Shown one piece after another: positions 19,914 to 28,864 of a DNA stretch of 64,000 bases. The first letter of the stretch is position 1, and every line of letters starts with the position of its first letter. This stretch comes from Chloroflexota bacterium. GTDB taxonomy: Bacteria > Chloroflexota > Limnocylindria > P2-11E. The stretch lies in assembly GCA_016194865.1 (NCBI GenBank), contig JACQAT010000001.1, positions 154,022 through 218,021 on the forward strand, in the 5' to 3' direction. A program made the translations under genes and the position numbers. Under the pieces are notes generated by a model, which was given only the letters and a program-made list of their open reading frames with translations, was not told where the DNA came from and made no database searches.

Positions 19914-20944
19914 CCTCACCGGAGCCGGCCGCCCATCGCGAGGACCCCTCGATCGAGGCCCTCGCGGAGGCCGCCGAGCACACCGACGAGCGTGCCGTCC
20001 AGCGCCAGCTGTTCGGCTGGCGCGAGCTCGCGTCGCTCGCGATCCCGTTCGCGCTGCTGTTCGTCTCCGCGCGCGGCGTCGACTTCACCGAGGTCCTGCG
20101 CACCATCCGTGGCTCGCAGCCGCTGCTCGTCGTCGCGGCGCTGATCGTCTACTACGTTTCTTTCCCGATCCGCGCGGCGCGCTGGGCGCGCCTGCTGCGC
20201 GAGAGCGGCATCCGCGTGCGGGGCCGCGATCTGCTCGAGATCCTCATGTTGGGCTGGTTCGTGAACTGCCTGGTGCCCGCGAAGCTCGGCGATCTCTACC
20301 GCTCATATCTGGTGAAGCGCCGCTTTGGCGTCTCCATGTCGAGGACCGTCGGCGTCGTGGTCGCGGAGCGATTGCTCGACATCTTCGTCGTGTTCGGCCT
20401 GCTCATCGTCGGCGGCTACATCGCGTTCGGCCGGACGATCGTGCCTGACCTCCGGCTCGTCTACCTCAGCGCGATCGCGCTCGCGGTCGTCATCGCGCTG
20501 CTGACGTTGGTGACGTACCTGCTCGCGCCGCGGCTCGCGCGGTTCTTCCCCGCGGAGGTCCGGCGCATCGGCCGCCTCTTCCGCGAGGGCGTCGTCCACA
20601 GCTTCCGCGCGCTGCCCGTCGCCGGACCGCTCACCCTGCTGGTGTGGGCGTCCGAGGCCTTCCGGCTCGCCTTCGTGCTCTCGGCGCTCGGGCTCGAGCT
20701 TCCGTACTCCGGGATCATCTTCGTCGCGGTCGCCTCATCGCTGCTGACGACCGTGCCGCTCACCCCCGCGGGCTTCGGCTTCGTCGAGATCGCGATCGTC
20801 TACCTGCTCACGACCGGCTTCGGGTTCGGGCAGCACGACGCCATCGCCGTCGCGATCCTCGACCGCGTCGTGAGCATCTTCTCCGTCATCGTGATCGGCT
20901 CCGTGCTCTACGCCCGGCACCGCGTGAAGGGGACGTTCGGCTAG
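19868..20944 (+). CDS. UPF0104 / lysylphosphatidylglycerol-synthase-TM-like (flippase-like) membrane protein
   Basis: About 8 hydrophobic segments and the family motif NCLVPAKLGDLYRSYL. Start is uncertain (46-nt overlap with the PHP gene if 19868 is used). Confidence 0.6.
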   Translation: MAQVADGTTDEADLLASPEPAAHREDPSIEALAEAAEHTDERAVQRQLFGWRELASLAIPFALLFVSARGVDFTEVLRTIRGSQPLLVVAALIVYYVSFPIRAARWARLLRESGIRVRGRDLLEILMLGWFVNCLVPAKLGDLYRSYLVKRRFGVSMSRTVGVVVAERLLDIFVVFGLLIVGGYIAFGRTIVPDLRLVYLSAIALAVVIALLTLVTYLLAPRLARFFPAEVRRIGRLFREGVVHSFRALPVAGPLTLLVWASEAFRLAFVLSALGLELPYSGIIFVAVASSLLTTVPLTPAGFGFVEIAIVYLLTTGFGFGQHDAIAVAILDRVVSIFSVIVIGSVLYARHRVKGTFG

Positions 20945-20964
20945 TCCGGCACTAGCCTCAGCTC

Positions 20965-22221
20965 ATGCCGCGTCCGGTGCTCGCCCTCACCACGCTCGCG
21001 TTCGCCGTGACCGTCGCCTACGCGGCGTCCCTCTCGCCCGAGTTCGAGCCGAGCCGCGACGATCAGCTCGCGTTCGCCGCGCTCGCGCGCGGCCTCGCGG
21101 AACGGGGCGAATTCACGCGTGCCGGGCCCGGAGAGGCGTTCTTCCCCGAGACGCTCCGCGCGCCGGGGTATCCGTTGTTCGTCGCGGCGCTGTGCCGCAC
21201 CGTCGGCTGCGGGCATTGGCAGATCGCGCTCGCGCAGGGGCTGCTCGTCGCCCTGCTCGTCGTGCTCACGCACGCGCTCGCGAAGCGCGCGCTCGCGGAT
21301 GGAAGACCCGCCCTCGTCGCGACGGCACTGGTCGCGGTCTATCCGACGTTCGCCTACTTCGCGGCGCTCGAGATGGCGGACATCCTCGGCGCGGTCCTGC
21401 TCATGGGGGCCGCGCTCGCGTTCGTTCGGTCGCGCGCGGCGCTGTCGGGCGCGCTCTTCGGGGCGCTCGCGTTGACGCGCTTCCTCTTCGGGCTCGTCGT
21501 GGTCCCGGTCGCGTTCCTGAGCACGCGCCGCCGGCTCCTCGCGCTCGCGCTCGGGTTCGCGGTCGTCGTGACGCCGCTCTTCGTCTACTCGTACAGCACG
21601 CTCGGCACGCTCTCGTCCGGCAGCAGCGGCTCCGGCCTGTGGTACGGCTACTTCCAGCGCCTCGATGCGCGCGACCTCGATAGCGCGGAGCGCGCCAGCG
21701 CGGCGCAGGTCCAGCGCGAGATCGATGCGTTCGACGCCATCACGGACCGGCGCGCGCAGGCGCTCGCGTGGCCGCGCCTCGACGCGCTCATGCGCGACCG
21801 CGCCCTCGCGCTCATCGCCACGCATCCGCTGCCCTGGCTCGCTCGCGGCGTCGATCGCTCGCTCGTGCTCTGGGCGGGGGATCGTCCGGTGCGCGTCGGG
21901 ACGAGCATCCCCGACGCGGTCGCGGTCGCGCTCCTCGCGGCGCAGCTCGTGCTCTTCGTCGCCGGGCTTATTGGCTCCGCCGCACTTGCGCGACGGCCGG
22001 AGGTCGCCGCCCGGCTGCCGCTGCTGATCGTCGCCTACACGTGGCTGAGCGCATTCCCGTTCGTGACGGAGGAGCGCTACGCGCTGCCGGCCCGGCCGTT
22101 CCTGTTCATCGGTGCCGTGGCCGCGTGGGTCGCGCTCAGGGCGCGGTCGCGACCCGCTTCACTTTCCGCGCCTCGTCGAGACGGATCAACGGCCACAGAC
22201 GCAGCAGCTCCACAAGGGTGA
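20965..22221 (+). CDS. GT-C-fold membrane glycosyltransferase (PMT_2 / ArnT-like)
   Basis: Polytopic. The first-loop region DDQLAFAALARGLAERGEF ... TLRAPGYPLFVAALC is typical of GT39/GT83-like enzymes. Confidence 0.6.
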   Translation: MPRPVLALTTLAFAVTVAYAASLSPEFEPSRDDQLAFAALARGLAERGEFTRAGPGEAFFPETLRAPGYPLFVAALCRTVGCGHWQIALAQGLLVALLVVLTHALAKRALADGRPALVATALVAVYPTFAYFAALEMADILGAVLLMGAALAFVRSRAALSGALFGALALTRFLFGLVVVPVAFLSTRRRLLALALGFAVVVTPLFVYSYSTLGTLSSGSSGSGLWYGYFQRLDARDLDSAERASAAQVQREIDAFDAITDRRAQALAWPRLDALMRDRALALIATHPLPWLARGVDRSLVLWAGDRPVRVGTSIPDAVAVALLAAQLVLFVAGLIGSAALARRPEVAARLPLLIVAYTWLSAFPFVTEERYALPARPFLFIGAVAAWVALRARSRPASLSAPRRDGSTATDAAAPQG

Positions 22222-22855
22222 TCAGCGCGACCGAGAGCTGACCGCCCTTCGCGCGGCCCGCGCGCCGTGGGAACTGCGGGACGTCGAGCTCGACGATCCG
22301 CGCGCCTCGCCGCCGCGCGCGGAACAGGATCTCCGGGAGCAGGGTCGCCGACCGCGGGCGCGAGCGGAATGGCATCTCGTCCAGCAGAGAGCGCCTGAAT
22401 AGGAATGCCGAGCTGAACTCGCGCAACGGCAGGTCGTACAGCGTCCGCGCCACGAGGTGGAAGCCGCGCGACAGCACCTTGCGCTCCCAGCGATCGGCCC
22501 GGTGCGAGCGAACGCCGACGACGATGTCGGCGTCCGCCGCGCGTGTGAGGAAGCGCGCGAGCTCATCCACGTGCGTCTGCCCGTCGGCCGGCACGAGGAA
22601 GATCCAATCACCGCGCGATCGGCGGAAGCACGTCTCCATCGCGCCGCTGAAGCCGCGGTTGGTCTCGTGATGCACGACCCGCACCTTGGGATGCGACGCC
22701 GCGAGCGTGTCGGCGAGCGCCGCCGTGCCGTCGCGGCTCCCGTCATCGACGATGAGCACCTCGCCGTCGCCCGAGAGCACCGCCCGCGCCTCGTCGACCA
22801 CCGACGCGAGGCTTCCGACCTCGTCGTACGCGGGGATCGCGATCGTCACCTTCAC
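22136..22855 (-). CDS. GT2 glycosyltransferase (polyprenol-phosphate sugar synthase type)
   Basis: Trimmed to GTG 22855. VKVTIAIPAYDEVGSL ... LIVDDGSRDGT ... HHETNRGFSGA, with a C-terminal amphipathic/TM tail. Confidence 0.8.
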   Translation of the reverse strand: MKVTIAIPAYDEVGSLASVVDEARAVLSGDGEVLIVDDGSRDGTAALADTLAASHPKVRVVHHETNRGFSGAMETCFRRSRGDWIFLVPADGQTHVDELARFLTRAADADIVVGVRSHRADRWERKVLSRGFHLVARTLYDLPLREFSSAFLFRRSLLDEMPFRSRPRSATLLPEILFRARRRGARIVELDVPQFPRRAGRAKGGQLSVALITLVELLRLWPLIRLDEARKVKRVATAP

Positions 22856-22933
22856 GGCGGCGAGTGTAGGGATGGACGTGCTCGCGCAGCGGTGACACAG
22901 CGCACGCGGTGGAGGTACTAGTACCGTTCGCGC

Positions 22934-24349
22934 GTGACGATGCCGCCGCTGCTCGTGACGCTCGCCGGGCTCGCGCTGCGGCTCGCCTCGCTCGTCGTGA
23001 TCGCGCAGCCCGGCTACACCGACGCCTATTACTACGCGACGACGGCCGCGCGCCTCGCCCACGGCGAGGGGCTCACCGCCGACTTCCTGTGGGCCCCCCT
23101 CGATGCTCCGACGCTCGCGCCGTTCCCGATCCCGAGCCATCGCTTCTGGATGCCGCTCGCCACGGTCGTGCAGGCGGCCGGCATCGTCGTCCTTGGACCG
23201 CTCCTCGGCGACTTCCGCGCGGGACAGCTCGCGTTGGTGCTCGCCAGCCTCGCGCTGCCGCCGGTCAGCTATGCCCTCGCGCGGACCCTTGGCGCGTCGG
23301 ATCGCGCCGCGATCGTCGCCGCGCTGCTGGTGGCGCTCGGCGGCCTGTTCGCGCCGGCCTGGCCGAGCCTTGACGGCTTCGGGCTCGCGGCGCTCCTCGG
23401 TTCGCTCTTCTTCCTCGCGTTCGATCGCGCGGCTCGTGGGGATGTGCGCGCGGCCGCGCTGTGCGGCTTGTGCGCGGGTCTTCTGTATCTCGCGCGCGCC
23501 GAGGGAGCCCTGTTCGGCGTCCCGCTGCTCGCGCTCGTCGGGCGCCGCGGGGCTCGCCGGGCCGGCCTCGCCGGCAGCGCCATCGCGCTCGCGATCGGGC
23601 TGGCCTGGCTGGCGCGTGGCGCGCTGCTGGGCGCGTCGCCCGACCTGCTCGCGCGCGGCATCCTGCTGCCGCGCTACGACGCCTTCTTCTCATTGACGTC
23701 GCCGACCGGCTCCGTCGATCTCTGGGCGCGCCTCGGCGCGCTGCTCACGAACGCGAGCACCGCGCTCGTCGCGCTCTTCGTGCTGCTCGCACCCGGTACG
23801 GTCCTCGGTGCGCGCGCGCTGTGGTCGCGCGCGGATGTCCGCGCGTTCGTGTGGCTCGCGCTGGGCGTGTACCTCGCGGAGTCGCTGCTCTTCACGCTGC
23901 ACTCGACGCGCGGGTCGTACTTCCACTCGCTCGCGGCATTCTTCCCATTTGCCGTCGCCCTTGCGGTCGTCGGGACCGAGCGCCTGCTCGCCGCGCGCCT
24001 GCGGCGCGTCGCGTTCGCCGGGGCGCTCGCGCTCGCGGCGGTCATGTCCGTCGGCGCGCTGCTCGCGTGGGACGAGAGCTTCAACGTGCCGTACCGCGCG
24101 CGCGCCGCGGCGCTCGGCTCGATCCCGAGCGGCCCGTTCAGCGCGATCGACGCCGCGGCGTGGCGCTGGATCAGCGGCAGGTCCGTCGTCGTGACGCCGT
24201 CCGATGGCCTCGCGAGCGCCCGCTGCCTCGCGACCCGCTACGGCGCGCGCACGCTGGTGCTCGAGCCGGTGCACTTCGCCGCGTACGAGGCGCTCTACCA
24301 AGGCAGCGGCATCATCGCGCTGCCCCTCGAGCCGGGACCCTGCCCATGA
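22934..24349 (+). CDS. polytopic membrane protein, GT-C-like (putative glycosyltransferase)
   Basis: 471 aa, more than 10 hydrophobic segments. The N-terminal loop QPGYTDAYYYATTAARLAHGEGL resembles GT-C first-loop motifs. Confidence 0.5.
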   Translation: MTMPPLLVTLAGLALRLASLVVIAQPGYTDAYYYATTAARLAHGEGLTADFLWAPLDAPTLAPFPIPSHRFWMPLATVVQAAGIVVLGPLLGDFRAGQLALVLASLALPPVSYALARTLGASDRAAIVAALLVALGGLFAPAWPSLDGFGLAALLGSLFFLAFDRAARGDVRAAALCGLCAGLLYLARAEGALFGVPLLALVGRRGARRAGLAGSAIALAIGLAWLARGALLGASPDLLARGILLPRYDAFFSLTSPTGSVDLWARLGALLTNASTALVALFVLLAPGTVLGARALWSRADVRAFVWLALGVYLAESLLFTLHSTRGSYFHSLAAFFPFAVALAVVGTERLLAARLRRVAFAGALALAAVMSVGALLAWDESFNVPYRARAAALGSIPSGPFSAIDAAAWRWISGRSVVVTPSDGLASARCLATRYGARTLVLEPVHFAAYEALYQGSGIIALPLEPGPCP

Positions 24350-25752
24350 GAGCGAGCACGCTCTTCGCGCTGTTCTGCGGTCTCGGCGCCGCCGTCATCG
24401 CGGCGTCGCTGCCCGCGAGCGACTCCGATCTGTTCTGGCACCTGCAGAGCGGCGATCTGATGATCGACCGCGGGGAGCTCCTGCGCACCGACCCGTTCTC
24501 GTACACGCGCTTCGGGACGCCGTACTCGGTCGGCGCGTGGCTCGCGGAGATCGTCTACGCCGGTGTCTTCCGCGCGCTGTCGTGGACCGGCGTCGACCTG
24601 TTGCGCGGACTGCTCATCGGCATCGCCGTGTTCTTCACGGCGCGTGCGGTGCTGCGCCTGCAGCGGCACCCCGCGTGGGCGTTCCCGCCGCTCGTCCTCG
24701 CGATCCTCGTCAGCAAGCCCGACTGGGGCGACCGCCCGCAGCTGTTCACGCTCGCGCTCTTCCCGATCTTCCTCGACGTGCTGCTGCGGACCCGGCTCAC
24801 GGGGAAAACGCGCCAGCTGTGGGCCCTGCCGTTCCTGGTCCTGCTGTGGGCGAACCTGCACGGTGCGTTCGTCATCGGGATCGCCCTGGTGCTCCTCTTC
24901 GCGGTCGAGGCGATCCACGCGCGGCTCGCGATCCAGCGGCCGCTGGCGCTCGTCTCGCTGCTCTGCGTCGTCGCCGGCCTCGCGACGCCGGCGTTCTGGC
25001 GCGCGTACTACGCGGCCGGGTCGTACGCGACGGGCCCGAGCCGTGGTGGCGTCCTCGAGGAGCAGCCGGCCGACGTGCTGAGCGGCGGTGGCGCCGCGTT
25101 CGCGATCCTGCTCGCGCTGGCGCTCGTCCTCGCGCTGCTGCCGAAGCGGCGGGACGCCGCGGTCGCGCTCGACGCACCGCTGCTGTGGTCGCTCCTCATC
25201 GTGCCGTTCACGCTGCTCGGTCTCGCGATCCAGCGGCAGCTGCCATTCGCCGCGTTCATCCTCGCGCCGTACGTCGCGGCCCACCTCCCTGCCGCGTTCG
25301 GCCGCCCGATCGCGCGCGTGCCCCGTCTGCCGCGCAAAGCGGCGCTGCCGATCGCGCTCGTCGCCGTCAGCGCGGCCGTCGCCGCGATGTTCGCGGTCGC
25401 GCCGAGGCAGGCGGATCTCAGCGCGTATCCCGTCGCCGCGGAGCCGATCCTCCGGCGCGAGGCGGGCAACGTCCTCGCCGAATACGACTGGGGCGGCTGG
25501 CTCATCCGCTACGCCCCGAGCGTGCCCACCTTCGTCGACGGACGCGGCGCGACGCTGTTCGCGCCGGACGTGCTCGCTGACTGGGACGACGCCGTGGCGC
25601 TGCGTCCGCCATATCGCGAGATCCTCGACGGCTACGACGTTCGCATCGTGCTCCTGCGGCCGACCCGCCCGCTGGCCATCGCGCTGCGCGAGAGCGGCTG
25701 GAAAGTGCTCGGAGAGGCGCGGGACGCCTGGGTCCTGCTCGAACGCCCGTGA
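24346..25752 (+). CDS. polytopic membrane protein, paralog A (SDLFWHL family; GT-C-like by topology)
   Basis: Trimmed from track ORF 23461..25752 to ATG 24346 (ATGA overlap). Motifs SDSDLFWHLQSG, WANLHGAF, EYDWGGWLIRYAP..TFVDGR. Confidence 0.6.
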   Translation: MRASTLFALFCGLGAAVIAASLPASDSDLFWHLQSGDLMIDRGELLRTDPFSYTRFGTPYSVGAWLAEIVYAGVFRALSWTGVDLLRGLLIGIAVFFTARAVLRLQRHPAWAFPPLVLAILVSKPDWGDRPQLFTLALFPIFLDVLLRTRLTGKTRQLWALPFLVLLWANLHGAFVIGIALVLLFAVEAIHARLAIQRPLALVSLLCVVAGLATPAFWRAYYAAGSYATGPSRGGVLEEQPADVLSGGGAAFAILLALALVLALLPKRRDAAVALDAPLLWSLLIVPFTLLGLAIQRQLPFAAFILAPYVAAHLPAAFGRPIARVPRLPRKAALPIALVAVSAAVAAMFAVAPRQADLSAYPVAAEPILRREAGNVLAEYDWGGWLIRYAPSVPTFVDGRGATLFAPDVLADWDDAVALRPPYREILDGYDVRIVLLRPTRPLAIALRESGWKVLGEARDAWVLLERP

Positions 25753-27134
25753 TGCCGTGGGCCATCGCGCTCCTGACAGGCTCGCTCTTCGCCTTCGCGT
25801 CATCGCGCATGGCCGCACGCGACAGCGATCTGTTCTGGCACCTGGCCACCGGCCGCTTGCTGTTCTCGCGCGGCATCGTCGGCATCGACCAATTCAGCTG
25901 GACCATCGCGAACGCGCCTGTCGCCACCGACCAATGGCTTGGTCAGGCGCTGTGGTACGGCGCGTATCTCGTCGACGGCTGGAGCGGGATCGTCGTGCTG
26001 CGCTCGCTCGCCGTGTTCGCGCTCGTCGCGCTCGTCGTGCACGAGGCCATCGTCCGGCGGCCGGCGCATCCGATCGTCGGTCTCCTCGCCTCGCTCCCCG
26101 CGATCCTGATCGGCCGCTTCATCTGGATCGAGCGGCCGGAGCTGTTCGGCTTCGTGTGCTTCGCCGCGCTGCTGCCGCTGCTGCGCCGCGCGCGCGAGGG
26201 CAGCGGTCGCGCGGCCATCGTGATCATCCCGCTGCTGATCGTGTGGGCGAACGTGCACGGCTCGTTCGCGCTCGGCGTCGGGCTGACGCTGCTCGTGGCG
26301 ATCGAGGGCGCGCTGCGCGACCGAGCGCGCCTGCGGGCATACATCGCGATCGCGATCGGTGCGCTCGTTGCCTGCGTGGCAACACCGGCCGGCCTGTTGA
26401 CGCTCGCGACCCCCGGGTTCCACCTGCTCCATCCGCCGCGCGAGATCCAGGAGTGGGCCGTGCCCGACCCGGCCTCCGCGCCCGGCATCTTCTGGGCGAT
26501 CGCGCTCGCCTTGACGCTCGCGACCGCCATCACAGCAAGAGCGCCGCGTGTCACCGACGCGCTGGTGCTCGTGCCGGTCGCGTTGCTGTCGCTGACCGCG
26601 GCGCGCCACATGCCGCTCCTCGCGATCGCGTGCGCGCCGTATCTCGCGGATCGCGCGCCCGACGCGCTCGCGCTGCTGTTGCGGAGGCCGCCCGTCGCGA
26701 GCCCAAGGCACGCGCGGCGCACACCACCATTCGTAGGGGCGATCGGCATCGCGATCGCTGCCGTGATCCTCGGTGTGAGCGCGGTCACAGCACCGCGCGA
26801 GCCCGACCTGGGCGGCTTCCCGACCGGCGCGCTGGCCGCGCTGCCGCGCGGCGCCGGTCTCTTGAACAATTACGACTGGGGCGGTTGGCTCATTTGGTAC
26901 GCCCCTGATACGCCCGTGTTCATCGACGGAAGGCTCGTCCCGTACATCGATTCGGTGCTGCCGGACTACCGCGCGGTGCTCGGATTGCATCAGGACTGGC
27001 GTGACGTCATCGCGCGCAGACGCGTGCGCGCATTGCTCGTGAGGCCGCGCGACGCGGTCGTGGTCCGCGCGCGCGAGCTGGGGTGGCGCGTGCGCGCGGA
27101 GGGCCCGGAGTTCGTGCTCATCGAGGTGCCGTGA
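25749..27134 (+). CDS. polytopic membrane protein, paralog B (SDLFWHL family; GT-C-like by topology)
   Basis: GTGA overlap with paralog A. Colinear motifs RDSDLFWHLATG, WANVHGSF, NYDWGGWLIWYAP..VFIDGR. Confidence 0.6.
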   Translation: MMPWAIALLTGSLFAFASSRMAARDSDLFWHLATGRLLFSRGIVGIDQFSWTIANAPVATDQWLGQALWYGAYLVDGWSGIVVLRSLAVFALVALVVHEAIVRRPAHPIVGLLASLPAILIGRFIWIERPELFGFVCFAALLPLLRRAREGSGRAAIVIIPLLIVWANVHGSFALGVGLTLLVAIEGALRDRARLRAYIAIAIGALVACVATPAGLLTLATPGFHLLHPPREIQEWAVPDPASAPGIFWAIALALTLATAITARAPRVTDALVLVPVALLSLTAARHMPLLAIACAPYLADRAPDALALLLRRPPVASPRHARRTPPFVGAIGIAIAAVILGVSAVTAPREPDLGGFPTGALAALPRGAGLLNNYDWGGWLIWYAPDTPVFIDGRLVPYIDSVLPDYRAVLGLHQDWRDVIARRRVRALLVRPRDAVVVRARELGWRVRAEGPEFVLIEVP

Positions 27135-28150
27135 GCCGTCGCGCAGCCCGTAACATCCGTGACCTGACGCAAACGACGACCGGGCACCAGACCGAGGAGC
27201 GCAGCGACGATCTCGACGCGCAGTTCGAGGGGATCGTCGATGGGCTGCGTCGCGACGTGCGCCGGCTTCGCACGCAGCTCGAGCGGTTCGCGCGGACCTA
27301 CGAGAAGCGCGCCGAGACCCAGGCCGCGCGCGCACGGCTCGAGCCGGACGACGTCACGCAGCGCGCGCGCCGCCGCCTGCGCCAGCTCCGGCTCGTGGTC
27401 ACCCACATCGAATCGAGCACCTCGTATCTGCTCGGCTCCGGTGTCGCGCCGACCCACGAGGAGAAGGACGAAGCGCACGAGGTGGCGCAGCGCGTCCTCG
27501 ACAGCCTCGAGGCCGAGCGCGAGCGTCTGTACCGCGACGTGCACGACGGTCCGGCGCAGGCGCTCGCCAACGCGATCTTCGAGATCGAATATCTGGAGCG
27601 CATCACCGAGCGCGCGCCGGCCGAGGTCGGAAAGCCGTTGCGCACCGAGCTCGCGCGCCTCAAGACGCAATTCCGCGGTTCGCTCGACGCGGTGCGCGCG
27701 ATGATCTACGACCTGCGCCCGCCGGTCCTCTCCGATCTCGGCCTCGCGGGCGCGATCCGCGACTACGCGTCCGAGTACCAGGCGCGCTACGGGATGACGG
27801 TGAGCTGCCAGCTCGAAGCGGCGGAGACCGGACTCGGGCCGCAACAGGAGCTCGCGGTCTACCGCGTCATGCAGGAGGCGCTCCAGAACGTGCACAAGCA
27901 CGCGAACGCGACGCTCGTGCGTCTCTCGTGGGAGCGCAACGCCGCGCGCTGGCGTCTCAGCTGTCAGGACGATGGCCAGGGCTTCGATCTCGTGAAGGCG
28001 GCGCGCCTCCGGCGATCCGTCGGGCTCTTCGCGATGCGGGAACGGGCCGAGCTGATCGGCGGAACGCTGCAGATCCAATCGGCCCCAGGGCAGGGGACCA
28101 CCGTTACACTCGCCCTTCCCGTGGCTGATATCGATACCGCGCGTGGCTGA
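27131..28150 (+). CDS. cytoplasmic DegS-like sensor histidine kinase (HisKA_3 + HATPase_c)
   Basis: GTG 27131 overlaps the upstream TGA. Coiled-coil N-terminus with no TM. H-box [20 protein letters not shown]-box EALQNVHKHA, G-boxes QDDGQGFD and GLFAMRERAELIGG. Confidence 0.85.
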   Translation: MSRRAARNIRDLTQTTTGHQTEERSDDLDAQFEGIVDGLRRDVRRLRTQLERFARTYEKRAETQAARARLEPDDVTQRARRRLRQLRLVVTHIESSTSYLLGSGVAPTHEEKDEAHEVAQRVLDSLEAERERLYRDVHDGPAQALANAIFEIEYLERITERAPAEVGKPLRTELARLKTQFRGSLDAVRAMIYDLRPPVLSDLGLAGAIRDYASEYQARYGMTVSCQLEAAETGLGPQQELAVYRVMQEALQNVHKHANATLVRLSWERNAARWRLSCQDDGQGFDLVKAARLRRSVGLFAMRERAELIGGTLQIQSAPGQGTTVTLALPVADIDTARG

Positions 28151-28847
28151 GCGCGTGGAGAAGGCGATCCGCATCATTCTCGCGGACGCGAGCCGCCTCA
28201 CGACGCTCGGCATCAAGCAGGTGCTCGAGCGCGAGGCCGACATGGAGCTCCTCATGGCCGTCACCGATGGCGAGGAGGCGGTCGCGCGCACGACCGAGCT
28301 CGAGCCTGACATCCTCATCATCGAGGTCGACCTGCCGAAGCTCGCCGGCGTGAAGGCGACGCAGCGGATCCGCCGCGAGGTCCCGCACGTCGGCGTGATC
28401 GTCCTGACGGCGGACGACCAGGAGCAGACGCTCTTCGACGCGATCCGCGCCGGCGCCGCGGCCTACCTCAACAAGGACTGCGATCCGGCAGAGCTCGTGG
28501 ACACCATCCGCCGCGTGCGCGGCGGCCAGTTCGTCATCAATGAAAAGATCTTCAGCAGGCCGGCCGTGGCGTCCAAGGTGCTCGCCGAGTTCCGCGAGCT
28601 CTCGGTGTACGGACCCGGCTCGTCCCACGTCTTCGCGCCGCTCTCGCCGCGTGAGGTGCAGATCCTCGACAACATCGCGCAGGGCCGTACCAACAAGGAG
28701 GTCGCCTACGCCCTGGCGATCTCCGAGCAGACCGTGAAGAACCACATGTCGAGCATCCTCCGCAAGCTGTCGGTGAACGACCGCACGCAGGCCGTCGTCT
28801 ACGCGATGCGGCAGGGCTGGATCAAGGGCCCCGACCTCCCCACGTAG
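28143..28847 (+). CDS. NarL/LuxR-family response regulator
   Basis: Receiver (IRIILADAS..., ILIIEVDLP, VIVLTAD, YLNKD) plus a LuxR HTH (LSPREVQILDNIAQGRTNKEVAYALAISEQTVKNHMSSILRKL). The start overlaps the end of the kinase gene. Confidence 0.85.
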   Translation: MAERVEKAIRIILADASRLTTLGIKQVLEREADMELLMAVTDGEEAVARTTELEPDILIIEVDLPKLAGVKATQRIRREVPHVGVIVLTADDQEQTLFDAIRAGAAAYLNKDCDPAELVDTIRRVRGGQFVINEKIFSRPAVASKVLAEFRELSVYGPGSSHVFAPLSPREVQILDNIAQGRTNKEVAYALAISEQTVKNHMSSILRKLSVNDRTQAVVYAMRQGWIKGPDLPT

Positions 28848-28864
28848 CCGTAGTCTTTCCGCTG

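Noticed and set aside
23461-24345. N-terminal ~295 codons of track ORF 23461..25752; similar long N-terminal extensions occur in 3846..5279, 47379..49421, 55257..57527, 55350..57626, 45741..47066, 30452..31495, 30817..31722, 29862..30728, 22136..23140 and 31219..32286
   Set aside because: The extensions are Arg/Pro/Ala-rich and overlap other well-supported genes in another frame or strand. In each case an internal start with a 4-nt stop/start overlap, an RBS, or a signal peptide or lipobox gives a product of the expected family length.
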